DNA from: the human T2T-CHM13v2.0 reference genome, Homo sapiens
NCBI RefSeq assembly: GCF_009914755.1
Contig: NC_060935.1
Length of the DNA: 64,000 bases
Reading direction: 5' to 3' (one strand)
Part shown: positions 12,751 through 29,809 of the stretch, piece after piece
How positions within the stretch are numbered: the stretch's first letter is position 1
Layout: each line of letters starts with the position of its first letter
The notes under the pieces: generated by a model
Seen by the model: the letters and a program-made list of their open reading frames with translations, nothing else
Database searches by the model: none
What the model was told of the DNA's origin: nothing
Position numbers and translations under genes: made by a program

Positions 12751-13705
12751 TCTTGAAGGGATAAAGGGATAAAGATACACAATTATGTGAGTCTTTGTGA
12801 ATAAAAAAAAAACAGAGTAAGGATAAAGAAAAGATTTATAGCAATAAGATGAACACAAAGGCAACTGATTGACTAAGTTCAGATAGGAAGAGGACTTTTA
12901 CTCTCCAGGAACTTTTGCATATATTAGGGATCCAGCTCCTTGCTTTCAAGCAAAGAAGCAAAGGATTAAAGAAAAGAAATGGATAATAGTGTTTAAAATG
13001 CCAGTGGAGTTCTATGTACTCTGTGGAAGAAGTAGCTGCTTTGAAAAAGGGCTGGTTCAAATCGAAGAACCTCAGACATGAGCCCCCAAAGGATCTTGGA
13101 ACAGGTAAGTACCTAGAGAAACTACTATGACACATACCGGGAGAGAAAATGAGTGAGGACCTAAGGAGACACAGTGTCTCTACTTCTTTCATAATAGAAA
13201 GGTTATTGATTGGGAGAAACAGATGCCACGAACACCCACATAGACCCCAACTGGTCCCCAGTTTTCTCTCAGTTTGTTGATTGTGTCTCTTCATTTAATT
13301 CACATAGCAGTATGGCCCATGTCTTCTTCACATCTACACAGTTTATTGAATCTGTGAGTTGTTCACTTAATGTCACATTACTTCAGTTACACCTTAAACC
13401 TAAGATTTAAATGCCATCTATCATTGGCAGTTTGTTTCATTATGATTTTGCCACTACTAGTCTTTCTTCAACCCACCAAAGGCAATATGTTGGCGTTTAA
13501 AAAGAAAAAAAAGAAGTAAGATATATAGTTGGAGGATTGAAAGGAAAAGGCAGGTCAGCCTTTCTTTGCTCAGCTCCATCTTTAAAGTGACCAACAAAAT
13601 ACTTGTAATGTTTATTTTGTATCTGCACTATTGAGATTCCCAAGATGAGGCTTTCAAGGTATTTCTAAGGTTTGTAAAAGGGAAATATAGCAAATGCCGT
13701 GGTAT

Positions 13706-14271
<566 letters not shown>

Positions 14272-16938
14272 CTATGGTCTTAGACACAGGAACTAGGGTG
14301 TAATAGTAAAAAAAATACTGGGTTAAAATGGGCTACTGAATGGTCTGTTACTTGACCAACAGAATATGGAAACAATATATTGGACTTCAAGATATAGTTA
14401 GTGACTATTGCATTCCACCTTTAAAAGAGTTAGTGAAACATAATTGTAGAGAATTGTAGGTTGCTGTCAAGAAACAAGTTTCTGACATACCTTAGTTGAT
14501 AAAAATTTGGCTGACGAGGTGTCCTTTCCAAATGATAGTGTCAATTAGAGGCCAAACCCAGTCTATTGGGGTATCATTTTTATCTCCACCATTTTTCTGT
14601 CTACTCCTGATTTAGCTCTGTGACTCCTAACAGGCCATAGGTTATGTCATTGCCCATTGACTCAATAAAGAAAATTATTGCTGAAAGCATAAATTGCCAT
14701 AAGTCATGCATATGATGAGAGGTGTCATCCATTTCTTTCTTATAATGGTTCGGAGTTCCCACAAGAATGACCCATTAGTAATTGAATTTCCCCTGTTTTC
14801 ACTTCTTTTTTTTTCTGGAGGACTCCTGTTCCTTGTGCTCTAGTGCTGTCAGAACTGTGTAGCTGTGTTGATATAAATGTGTGCTACCCTCTTTTTGGTC
14901 TCCTTTGTCATCTGATTAGTCTTTAAAGATGCAGCACTCTCTTTCCACCTCATAAGGCCCTCAGTTCCTGAGAACTCATCTTGATCTCATTCAGGAGAAA
15001 AGTAAATCCCTCAAGATCTTCCTTATGATGCTTACAGTCCATGCTGCTCTTCCCATGTGAAGAACTGACGTCAGTCAAATTTGGCCCAATCAAGAAATCA
15101 AAGAATAACAAAAGAATTGCAATGCATTAATAAAGACCTAGATCCATCCAGACTTTAAGATCCTCTTCCAAAAGTCCAGTGGGATACCTGATTCATCATC
15201 CTGTCTTTCACCAGCCAAGGAATGCAGAGCGTCCTGGTCAAGAGGCAAAGCTGGTCAGACAAGCTTCCGCCAGTAAGTTCATTTCTTCTTCCATATTTCT
15301 GTCATTCTCTTCTTCTCCGCCTCTCTCCAACTCTCACCAACTTGTGATGAATAATTACTTTGAAAACAGGCATTATCTTTATCAAGACGTCCTCAAATAT
15401 CAGTTCTTTTAGATCCTTCATGGCTCTGTCCACCAACTTTGGGACAAGTAAAGGAAGAATTAAAGAAAAACATACTGTTCCTTTCTTTTTGATCAGTGTG
15501 TTTATGTAAGAATACTCTTTTACTCCAGGCCTCCTGTGGAATAGGAAATTAAACAAATTCTTACCTACTTCCTAATTACATTCAGCATGCTTCCTGTCTT
15601 TCCCCAGTCTCAGTCTTATGTAGGATAAGATTGTCCTTTGGAAAGGACAAACCAGCTCTGCATACTTGCATACAAGATACTTTCTTAGCTGAAGATTTTC
15701 AGAACCATTTTCTCTGATAAGGGTGTAAGGTGGGTGAAGGAGATCACTCTCCAGATCCAATGAGAGAAGGGCAGGCCAGGGGTGGGAGTAGAAATACATA
15801 GATTCCAAGTCTCTGTCATTGTGAGCAATTAATTAACTTGACACATGGAAGAAGCCTGAGTTGGGAAATTTCAGAAGTAGGAAAATAATACTTGGCTTTA
15901 GTTTTCGTCCATACAAAAACCAGGTTTGATAAAAGATGATCAACCAGTACATCACGGTAAATATATGTGCTGAATTTAGCTCAGGAGATATGGAGCTAGA
16001 GATGTAGAGCCACGTAAGTGGCCAACCTGAAAAATCATTTTAGTCATTGTGTGAATAACACATAGAATTAAGGAAAGGGAGAAGTCTGAGAAATTGGACC
16101 TTGGAATTTTCTCTTTGCTTTGGTGGGTAAGATGTGTTAAAATTTAAGATTGATTAGAAAATGACATGAATGTCGCCCATGTTTTTTCAATGATCATAAC
16201 TATCTTGCAGATACCTACACACAATTTTAACCAACTGAGAACATAAGGATTCATGCTGTGGATGTGGGAGCAGAAACGGTTTGAAAACTTGTTAATATTT
16301 TCTTGAGAAAAAATTTGTTAGCCTGCTTGATTGCGAATTCTGTGCTGCTGCTGTGGCTTTTTTGTATTACAAATGTGATTCTTTATTTATCTCAGTGTAA
16401 CATAAATTGAGATGTTGATGGGTTTTTCCAAGAAAATAAATGAGTCATAATAAACCTTTTCTTGTATAAGGATGAATGTGAAGTACATAGTCATTATTTG
16501 AACAGGATGTTCCTTTAAAAAGCAATTGAGATTGTACAACGCAAGGCTGTTTGGATGGCAACTTAGCGTGTCTGGCAAAAGGAGTTTGTTCCTTCTGTTT
16601 CTCAACAATACTTTCAGAGGTCACAAAATTAAATCCTTTGGATGACATACACCCCATCCTTGTTTCTCTATTTAGATTTAGTGACTGGACTCTCAATGTT
16701 TTATCCCTGTCTGAATTTCTTGGCAGACTGTGCTTTAACCTTTTATGTGTGGTTTGTTAAATTTAAAATTTTAGAAAGTGACATACTAAATAATAAAAAG
16801 ATAGATTCAGGGTAGAAGACTTTTATATAAAAATGTATAAACAGATATAAAATGCTTTTTAAATTTCAATACAGTATGTGTGTCTGTACATATTGATTCC
16901 TAATTATGGTGATTATGGTAAATTATTACTAGCAATAA

Positions 16939-17431
<493 letters not shown>

Positions 17432-17533
17432 TAAGTATTTTTTATTACCTCAAATCAATATAATTTCACCATGGAAAATTTGAAAACTATGGAAAAATTT
17501 TAAATAGAAGAGAAATGCCACCTACATTTCCAC

Positions 17534-17665
17534 TATATATATACATATATATATACACACACATATATATATACACATATATATACACATATATATATAC
17601 ACATATATATACACATATATACATATATATACACATATATACATATATATACACATATATATATA
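17534..17665. repeat. (TA)/(CA) mixed microsatellite
   Basis: tatatatacacatatatatacac... about 130 nt of alternating purine-pyrimidine. Confidence 0.95.
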
Positions 17666-20079
17666 AGTCCATATTGTCATTTTTGTACTTTTAATTTCTC
17701 TGCACAGAGCACATAATAAAACTGAATTATTTTTTAAATATACGGACTATTACACTATATACTTCTTAGTGGTAAATACATTTGGGCAGCAGTTCCAAAA
17801 CTAGAAACTTACCAAAATAGGCTCACGGCATCCTTTCTACACTTACTATTCTTCGTCTATGGTTGAGTAAGTGAAAACATCTAGGAACAGAGCAGTCAGG
17901 AAACAATGATATGCTATAATTATAACTTTAGAGAATTTTATTTTCAAAATCAGAAACTTCATAGGATTTTGTTTTCAAAATAAAAAGTAATACAAAGAGA
18001 ATAGAGTTACATTTGCTTTCATTTTTTCATTGGTTAGTTGTTCAGGTTGATCGTTTGACTTCTTGTTGTTCTCATTTTCTCATAAGTTAAATTAGCCATC
18101 TGTCTGCCACAAAGGTTTTGTGTAAGAATCACCTAAAAATTGTAAAGATTTTTGAGCTGCTAAAGACAAAGAGAATTAAAAAGCATTGTAATGCCTCTAA
18201 GCCATGTTGATTTGATATGAACTAAAATTAGTGACCTAGATTTTCTTCTCTCATTTCATAGATCCTAATTTATTTAGAGCACTGTATTGTATTATTTCAT
18301 GAAAATACCAAGATGCATTTAAATTTTTCTAGATATGGAAATAACTCTAAGGGAAACAAGTAATTTAGATGAATTTACTAAACACGTGGTGGAACTAACA
18401 AAATGAAACACAGAGTTGATTGTTCTATAATCAGTACAAAGCGGAGTGTAGCTGTCTATCCATCACTTTGTCATTTCAATTGTATCTCTATAGCACATAA
18501 GAAAAATGTATTGGTTTACACTGTGTAACTATAATATCATAATAACACTTTGTATGTGTATGGATTCTAGATTTACAATATGACCTTGGGCAAAATCTAA
18601 AAGAAGGCTATAGATCAAAGAGGAAATATTAACGCTACAGAAATGGAAAAGATTTCAAATTAATATGATAAAACATACTCTGTTAGAGAAATCGATAGAC
18701 ACACTGCAAAATAATTCCAATGCAGGGAAGGAAAGATATAAGAGAAGCTCAGTGCTGGGTAGAGCAGGAAAAGAAATATCAAGGACCAACAGGAAAATTA
18801 CAGGGTTAGAAACAGTCATATTTTAGCAGATCAAAACAAGAAAGTTAAAACAACATTCAAATATTTATTCTTTTTCATTCACATTCTAATTATTGAAACA
18901 TAATAAGTGAGTACTTTTTGGCAACTGATAGACCAACAAAAATAATGATTTAGATTCTCTATAATTTTTCTGTTGTGTATCTGGCCAAGAATTCTGTAAA
19001 TATATTACAATATAATACTAATACAATATGATAAATAGGTATGCTAATATAATGTGAGATGCCCTCTAAAACATAATAGATACCCATACCAGAAGGTTAA
19101 AAAATATGTGTAGAGAACACACTGGGATTAGCTTTAGAACTGACATTTTTCCTCTCCTTTACAGGACCAAGATGTCAGCAATGACTCCAGCGTTCTAAAA
19201 ATCCAGAAGATCACTACAAACAAATGAAAAACTAAAAGTCTGGTAGAACAGAGGCCATGACTGGGTGAGCCGCACTGTCTCGCTTCCAAAAATTTACTCT
19301 TCATGAAAAATGAAAATCATCGTTTCTCAAAAGCAACGTAAGTAGCTAAATTAGTTAAAATTGCCTTTATTTATTATTTTTAGAAGTTACATATTTTAAA
19401 TCTCTAATTTCTTCTCCATTCCTCCCAGCATTTTTTAACTTTTTCATAATTTCATTTTATAACCAAGTTCTAAGAAAATTTGTTTTCCAAAACCAATTGC
19501 GTAATATACACAAGTGATATTATAACATGAGAAATCATCTGATAAGGACCTTTATGGTAGGATCATTTCATGAGCTTTGAGTTAATACTGAAGTTTAAAT
19601 TTGGTTTGATCTTACAATTTCTGAGCCTTTTATTTCATATGTAAGTATAGTGACAAGAGTTTAAACAGTTACTGTATTGAATACATCTGATCATGTAACT
19701 CAACATATTTAACATACATCTGGATCATAATAGTTACAAAAATCAATTTTATTTTCTTCATGTTCTGAAATATTCCGATTACTCCACCATTAAATCTCAG
19801 TCTAATAATGCTTTATGTGGAGATAATAGTCATGTCCTATAAGAATTTTTATTTTTTGTTGATTACTATTGAGTGTGTTGAAAGTTGCTGGAATTCTAAT
19901 TTCCAGGCAAGTGAAATGTTACTGTGCATTCAGATTATTCTAGACACACAATCTTAATCTGTGTATAGTCGGGGCTCAATATGTAGACTGGAGGAAGGCG
20001 TGGGCAGGGCAAAGGAAGGTGGCTGAGAACACAATTCGTAGAACACAGATATGCCGTCCTTTTCATCACTTCCTATTCT

Positions 20080-20230
20080 GTATGTCATGCACTCTCCTTT
20101 GGGGTCAAGGATAAATATCTTGCTCCTATATATACTGTTCACTGGACTATAATCTTGAAAGAAATTTGATGCTAGCATGTAATTAGCTCCCGTGAATATT
20201 TGTTGAATGAATGGCTGCATGAACAAATGA
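20080..20230 (+). mobile_element. L2 3' end
   Basis: gtgaatatttgttgaatgaatgg terminal motif. Confidence 0.55.
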
Positions 20231-20912
20231 GTGTTATTAATTAATTGCTTGGTTACTTGGTTACTAACATGGAGGAGTTCTTTTCTGCTAATCATTTCCA
20301 GCTCATTTTCAACAGTCTCTTTCTTCTTCCATACAAATGTCAAAATTTCAACTTTGCCTTTGCTCAGTAACAAAAGATATCTGGGTTTCTTTAATAGACT
20401 ACTACTCTTTTAAACTTATTAATTTTAGTAAATAGATAATGCTCATTAGAAAAATTAAAATACAAGTAATAGTCTCACTTTGAAAGTACCAAGTGACATT
20501 TTAATTTTGGTATTTAATCTTTACCCACTGGGTCTCTCTAAGAAGCACTGTCACAGATTACAAGATAAATGAAGTAAGTAGCATTTCTTTGCCAGAAAAG
20601 GACAGTCTGGACTGTACACAGATTTTAGCAGCACTTAGTGCTTTTCCCATCTTCATTCTATTTCACAAGAAGAAAAATCAAAGAGACAAGCAAACAGCAA
20701 CTCTGTAAATGACTGCCAACTGTTACTGGAAGGAAATGGGTCATCTTTTTCACCAAATAGGTGACTGACAAATAACCAGCAAATTCCATTGCTTGGACTC
20801 ATCATGCACCCAAAGTTATTGGCCTATTCACTACAACAATGGAGAGAGGACAGCTTGTAACAAAGGCAACATTTTGGAAAAGATGTCAAAATTAAAGAAC
20901 TCTTCATAGTAA

Positions 20913-21232
<320 letters not shown>

Positions 21233-21320
21233 CATCTTCTTAAAGTTAAAATAACATATCAGAAAGATCTGTTTAATATTTTTAAAGACAAATTCAGCCT
21301 TAAACTGAATTTCAATTTTA

Positions 21321-22310
21321 TTTTATTTTTAATTTTTTTATTTTCATAGGTTTTTGAGGAACGGGTGGTGTTTGGTTACATGAGTAAGTTCTTTAGTGGT
21401 GATTTGAGAGATTTTAGTGTACCCATCACCCGAGCAGCATACACTAAACCCAATTTGTAGTCTTTTATCCTTCACCTCCTTCCCACCATTTTCCCCTGAG
21501 TCCCCAATGTCCATTGTATCATTCTTATGCCTTTGCGTCCTCATAGCTTAGCTTCTACTTATGAGTGAGAACATCCTGTGTTTGGTTTTCCATTTCTGAG
21601 CTATTTCACTTAGAATAATAGTCTCCAATCCTATCCACGTTGCTGCAAATATCATTCATTCATTCTGTTTTATGGCTGAATAGTATATTCCATCATATAT
21701 ATCTATATAATCATATATATAATCATATATAATCACATATATATATCATATATGTGATATATCATATATGATCATATATAATATCATATATATATATATC
21801 ATAGTTTATCCACTCCTTGATTGATGGGCATTTGGACTGATTCCACATTTTTTCAATTGCAAATTGGGCTGCTATAAAAATACATGCACAAGTATCTTTT
21901 TTTTAATAATGACTTCTTTTCCTCTAGATCGATACCCAGTAGTAGAATTGATAAATCAAATGGTAGATCTACTTTTAGTTCTTCAAGGAATCTCCACACT
22001 GTTTTCCATAGTGGTTGCACTAGTTCGCATTCCTACCAGCAGTGTAGAAGTCTTCCCTTTTCGCTGCATCCATGCCAACATGTATGGTTTTCAGATTTTT
22101 TTAAAATTATTGCTATTCTTGCAGGAGTAAGGTGGATTGCATTGTGGTTTTGATTTGCATTTCCCTGATCATTAGTGATGTTAAGCATTTTTTACATGTT
22201 TGTGGGCTATTTGTATATCTTCTTTGGAGAATTGTCTATTCATGCCTTAACCCACTTTTTGATGGGATTGTTTGTTTTTTTCTTGCTGACTTGTTTGAGT
22301 TCATCGTAGA
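21321..22310 (-). mobile_element. L1PB1-like 3' fragment (~1 kb)
   Basis: gtggtgtttggttacatgagtaagttctttagtggtgatttgagagatttt..ccatcacccgagcag (L1PB 3' UTR); contains a (TA/ATC)-rich tract at 21690-21802. Confidence 0.9.
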
Positions 22311-22584
22311 GTGTGGAGAATACACTTTCTTCTTTTTAAAGATAAAATAAAATAGCAGAAAGATCTGTTTAATATTTTTAAAGACAAATGCATCCTTAAA
22401 CTGAATTTCAATTTTAATAAAATAAATATTTGACATAGATATTGTAATATTTGTGAGTAAATTGTATCTTATGGTGCTGAAATGCCTTTTTCTCCATTAT
22501 TCTTATTAAAATCCATTGTTTCCAGGATGAATTCAACAGGTCATGGGCCTAATGAATCAAAATAAGTAACATTTTCTTTCTGAT

Positions 22585-23712
22585 CTTTTTTTTAATGATT
22601 ATTTTAGGTTCAGGAGATTCACTTATAGGTTTGTTACATGGATAAATTGCGTGTCAATGAGGTTTAGTGTACATATGCTCTTGTCACCCAGGAAGTGAGT
22701 GTAGTAACCCATCAGTAGCCTTCCAACCCGCACCCATCTTCCACACTCCCCATCAAGCAGTCTCCAGTGTCTACTGATCCCATCTTTGTGTCCATGTGTA
22801 TTCAATATTTAGCTCCCACTTTCAAGAGAGAACATGTAATGTTTGGTTTTCTATTTCTGTGTTAATTTGCTTAGGATAATGGCCTCCAGCTGTATCCATG
22901 TTTCTGCAAAGAACATGATTTCATTCTTTTTTATGGCTGCATAGTTTTCCATGGTGTATATGTACATTTTTATTTTTAGCCAGTCCACCATTGGTGGGAA
23001 CTTTGGAGGATTCCCTGTATTTGCAATTATGAATTGTGCTGCAATAAACATATGAGTACATGTGTGTTTTTGGTAGAATGATTTATTTTCCTTTGAGTAT
23101 ACAACCACTAGTGAAATTGCTGAGTTAAATGGTAGCTCTGTGTTAAGGTTTTTGAGAAATCTCCAAACTGCCTTCCATAGTGCCTGCATTAATTCACATT
23201 CCCACCAGCAGTGCATAAGTGTTCCATTTTTTCCACTACCTCACTATCATCTGTTGTTTTTTGGCTTTTTAATAATAGCCATTCTTACCGATATGAGATG
23301 ATATGTTATTGGTTTTCATTTCTGTAATAATTATTAATGATAAGAATTTTTTTTATATATTTGTTGGCCACGTGTATGTTTTCTTTTGAAAAGTGTCTGT
23401 TCATGCCCTTTGCCCAAATTTTAATGGGGTTATTTGTTTTTTATTTGTTGAATTGTTTAAGTTCCTTATCAATTCTGGATATTAGACCTTTCTCAGATGC
23501 ATAGCTTGTGAATATTTTCTCCCACTCTGTAGGTTTGTGACTCTATTGATAGTTTCTTTTGCTGTGCAGAAGCTCATTAGTTTAATTAGATCCCACTAGT
23601 CAATTTTTGTTTTTGTAGCAATTGCTTTTGAGGACTTACGAATAAATTATTTGCCAGGGCTGATGTTCAGATTGGTGTTTCCTAGGTTTTCTAGAGTTTT
23701 TATAGTTTTGCT
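22585..23712 (-). mobile_element. L1PA15/16-like 3' fragment
   Basis: 3' UTR plus ORF2 C-terminus remnant (track ORF 22851-23216: HCWWECEL..LWKAVWRFLK..CTHMFIAA). Confidence 0.9.
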
Positions 23713-23742
23713 GACCTTTTTTATTTTTTTTAACAGCTGCTG

Positions 23743-23761
23743 AGAAAGAGAGAGGGGTGAA

Positions 23762-23795
<34 letters not shown>
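23743..23795. repeat. (GA)n microsatellite
   Basis: gagagagagag... run. Confidence 0.9.
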
Positions 23796-23798
<3 letters not shown>

Positions 23799-24119
23799 TG
23801 TAATTAACGTCTAATAAGAATGTAGGCGTCATCAAGTTATAACTCCATTCTTTCTACAACATCCTTTGTGGGTATGTATAGAGGAAGACTAAATATTTTC
23901 AGAAATGGCGATTTTACTACTTCTTTATCTCCTTTATAAACATAGATTCCTCATCCTGAAATTTTATTTAATTATTTTAAAATGATCTCTGCTCTGCCAG
24001 ACACTGAATTATCTTTGTCTAATTTTGCGGGGTTTTTTTGTTGTTGTTGTTTTGTTTTGTTTTGTTTTTGCTTTGTCTTATTTCTTATTCCTCTTCAGTA
24101 GGAAGATACTCAAATACAT

Positions 24120-25295
24120 AACCACTTGGTCAGTTCTTTTGTTTTCTTCTTGTTGAATTTGAAAGGTTTTTTTTTTCTTTTTTGGTATATTTTAGATAAC
24201 AGTTCTTTATCAGATATGTGTCTTGCAAATATTTTTTCCTAGTCTGTGGATTCTTCTCTTACTTTCTTGTAGTTCCGGTTTATTATTTCTTTCATTGATT
24301 CTGCCTTTGGTGGTGTATCTGCAAATTTATTGCTATACTCAAGGTCATCTAGTTTTTCTCCTGTTATTTTCTAACAGTTTTATGGTTTTGCATTTTATAT
24401 TTGTGATCAATAACGCATTAATTTTGATGAAGAATGCAAAGTTTGTTTCTAGATTCATCTTCTTTTTTTTTTTTTTTTTTTTTTCGCACTTGAATATCCA
24501 GTTGTTCCAGCACCATTTTTGGAAAAGGCTACCTTTTTGGGTTGTATTGATTTTGTTCCTTCATCAAAGATCAGTTGACTGTACTTTTGTGGGTCTAAGT
24601 TCTCTATTCTCTTCCATTGATCTATTTGGCTCTTCTTTCACCAATAAAACACTATGTTGATTACTGGAGCGCCATAGTAGTCAGTCTTGAATTCAGTAGT
24701 GTCAGTCGTCCATCTTTGATCTATTTCAATATTGAATTGGTTACTCTGGGTTTTTTGCCCCTCCATATAAACTTTATAATCAGTTTGTCAATATTCATAA
24801 AATAACATGTTGGGATTTTGATTGGTATTGCATTGAATCTATATATCAAGTTGAGAAGAACTGATATCTTGACAATATTGAATCTTCATGGCCATTAACA
24901 TGAAATATCTCTCCATTTATTTAAATCTTTGATTGGTTCATCAGACTTTTGCAGTTTTTTCTATGTATAAATCCTATACATATTTTATTAGGTTTATACC
25001 AAAATATATCATTTTGGGGATTTTAATGTAAATGATGTTTTTTATTTCAATTTCATTTGTTCATTGATTATATATAGGAAAGTGAATGACTTTTGTATAT
25101 TAACCTTGTATCCTTCAATCTTGCTGTAAGTTATTTTTATTTCTAGGAGATTTGCTGTTGTTGCTGATTTTCGGGGTTTTTCTGCAGAGATGATCCTGTC
25201 ATCACTGCACAAAGACTGTTTCATTTTTTCCTTCCCAATTATACTTTTTATTTCCTTTCCTTGTTTTCTTGTATTAACTAGATCTTCCAATAGAT
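24120..25295 (-). mobile_element. Old L1M (L1MC-like) ORF2 fragment
   Basis: ctttatcagatatgtgtcttgcaaatatttttt..ccagttgttccagcaccatt..gggattttgattggtattgcattgaatctata. Confidence 0.85.
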
Positions 25296-25849
25296 TTTTA
25301 AGCTAGTGTGGGCACATGATTATTGATTATCATTTTTTAACTGGTTATGTTTTTCTATAATGTTTTTAAAAAGCAAGTACAGAGAAGATGCAAATTCGTT
25401 TCTAATTAATGGATAGAACTTCTACATTTCCAATAATATTGCAGGCAAATCTTAGAGTAATCAAATAAAGTAATACTGGAATTCATCCAGCAGAAAGCAA
25501 TAATATTTAAATTGCTAAAAAGAGGCAGAGAAAATTTAATAAAACTATCAAAATATTAGAACACCTTAATAATTAAATATTCTCTTCTATACAAATCAGT
25601 GGCATATAAAATTTAGGATAGACAAATAACTTGTCTTAAGTAGAAATTTAATCTCAACAACATGTAACACATACCTCTTCCCCAACTTAAAATTAGAGTT
25701 TAAAGAAAACACAATATAAAAATAAATTTAAATTACAAATAAATAATTAAAAAATATATAGTGGCAAAGGAAGACTCAATAAATTATACTATGATTATTG
25801 GTTTATCATTTTGAAAATTCAAATTAGCAAAATCACAAAAGAAGTAAAA

Positions 25850-26296
25850 ACAACAATATGAAAAGGATATGTGATATATGATACAACCATATGACGTTCT
25901 GGAAAAAGTAAAACTATGGAGACAGAAAAAGGAATACTGGTTGCTAATGGTTGAGGGGAGACAGGGATGAATACAGAGCACAAGCCATTTTATGGCTGTG
26001 AAACTACTCTGCATGATACCATGATGGTGGGTACATGTCATTATACATTTGTCAAAACCTATTTCATGTACAACACTAGGAATGAACCCAAATACAAACT
26101 AGCAACCTTGGTCGATGATGTGTAAAAGTAGGTTCATCCTATTGTAACAAATGCATCATTCTAGTGAAGGATCTTGATAACGGGGAAAGCTGTGTATTTG
26201 GTATATGGGAAACCTGCAGGGGCTATATGGGAGATCTCTGTGCCTTCTGCTCAATTTTGTTGTGAACCTAAAACTGCTAAAAAAAAATAAAGTCTA
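25850..26296 (+). mobile_element. L1MC1/2-like 3' end
   Basis: gtacatgtcattatacatttgtcaaaacc..ttgtaacaaatgca..ctgctcaattttgttgtgaacctaaaactgct..aataaagtcta. Confidence 0.85.
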
Positions 26297-27319
26297 GTTA
26301 TAGGAATTAAGAATTAAAATAAATAATGCAGACTTTTCTAGAATATCACATCTGAAGATTCTATATTTTATTTAAAATTATCTAATTTATTCTTTATACC
26401 AAACCTGTAAAACGTTTTAAAATATACTGCAAATATTGATTTAGTATTAAAAATAATTTCAAGCAATTGTTATTCTGAAAAATTTACTTATTCCCAAATT
26501 TGGAGAATATTTTCAGTCAAAACTTTTAAAGTGAATTTTGTAAAATTGTACCTAGTTGTACAGCTGGAACACTCTTTTATATGTAAGGAAATGTAAAATT
26601 TCAAACAATGTCGACTTTTTGACTAAAGGGAAGTCACTGTAAGGAAAATGGCTTTGAAAACCGTGGAAGACAATCTTCTATGCTTTTTATATAGGAAAGA
26701 GAAATGAAGACTCATAAGAACTGAAATTATTTTGTCACAAAAATGCCAAAGTAGAAAACCAATTTGTTCAGGAAGCACTATGAAAAATACTGCTAACCTC
26801 TACTTCCTGAAAACAGGATAACATAATTGAATTTCTATGGATAGCTACAGTACATTTATTTATCTTTTCATGTTCTCCAAAGGCTTCTCCCATTTTCATT
26901 TTTAAGTCTAGTTTAGAATATCCTTTTAAGTGTCTTTTTTATCAAGTGTCTACTTTAAATTCCAGGAAAAAATGGTTGAAAACTTTATTTTTCATTCTTC
27001 TTTATTCAATTCTGTTAACTAAATAAGCAGATCATGACTTTTCTTGTGTTTGTACAATTTCCCTATACATTCTTTCAAGTAAACACACTTATTCTCTTCA
27101 GACATGGGCTGTGTATGCTAGTCACCATTTTGTCCTCACAGGAAAATGCTCAACTTGTGTTCTTTGATCAAAAGTTTTGGGACATGTGGTCTTAACCAAA
27201 ATACTTTTTCTTCACTGAACACAATGTGTACTTTAATATAATAATATATGTTTGATTCTTAAAGCTAAACTACAGTGTGCAGTTTTTCCTAATGACTTTT
27301 ATTTCACAGAACATTAAAA

Positions 27320-29410
<2,091 letters not shown>

Positions 29411-29426
29411 TTACAAGGTAACTACG

Positions 29427-29809
29427 TGTATTAGTCCGTTCTCACACTGCAATAAAGAACTACCTGGGACCCAGTAATTTATGAAGAAGAGGGTTTTAAT
29501 TGACTCACAGTTCTGCAGGCTTAACAGGAAGCATGACTTGGAGGCCTCGGGAAACTTACAATCATGGCAGAAGGTGAAGGGGAAACAAGCACTTCTTACC
29601 ACGGCAGAGCAGGAGAGAGAGAGAGAGAGTGAGGGGGGAATACACTTTTAAACCATCAGATCCCATGAGAACTCCTTCACTATCAAGAGATCAGCATGGG
29701 GAAATCGGTCCCTATCATCCAATCACCTCCCATCATGCCCCTCTTTCAATATGTGGGGATTACAATTCCACATGAGATGTGGATTGGGGCCAGGAGCCAA
29801 ACCATATCA
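29427..29809 (-). mobile_element. THE1D/MSTA-like solo LTR
   Basis: tgtattagtccgttctcac...ccaaaccatatca termini; 5-bp TSD ctacg/ctaca. Confidence 0.93.

Noticed and set aside
12836-13294. 152-aa minus-strand ORF
   Set aside because: No recognisable domain and no support from flanking structure; consistent with chance.
24120-26296. Possible twin-priming inversion between the minus L1M ORF2 piece and the plus L1MC 3' end
   Set aside because: About 550 bp of unassigned sequence lies between them and no TSD is visible; cannot be supported.
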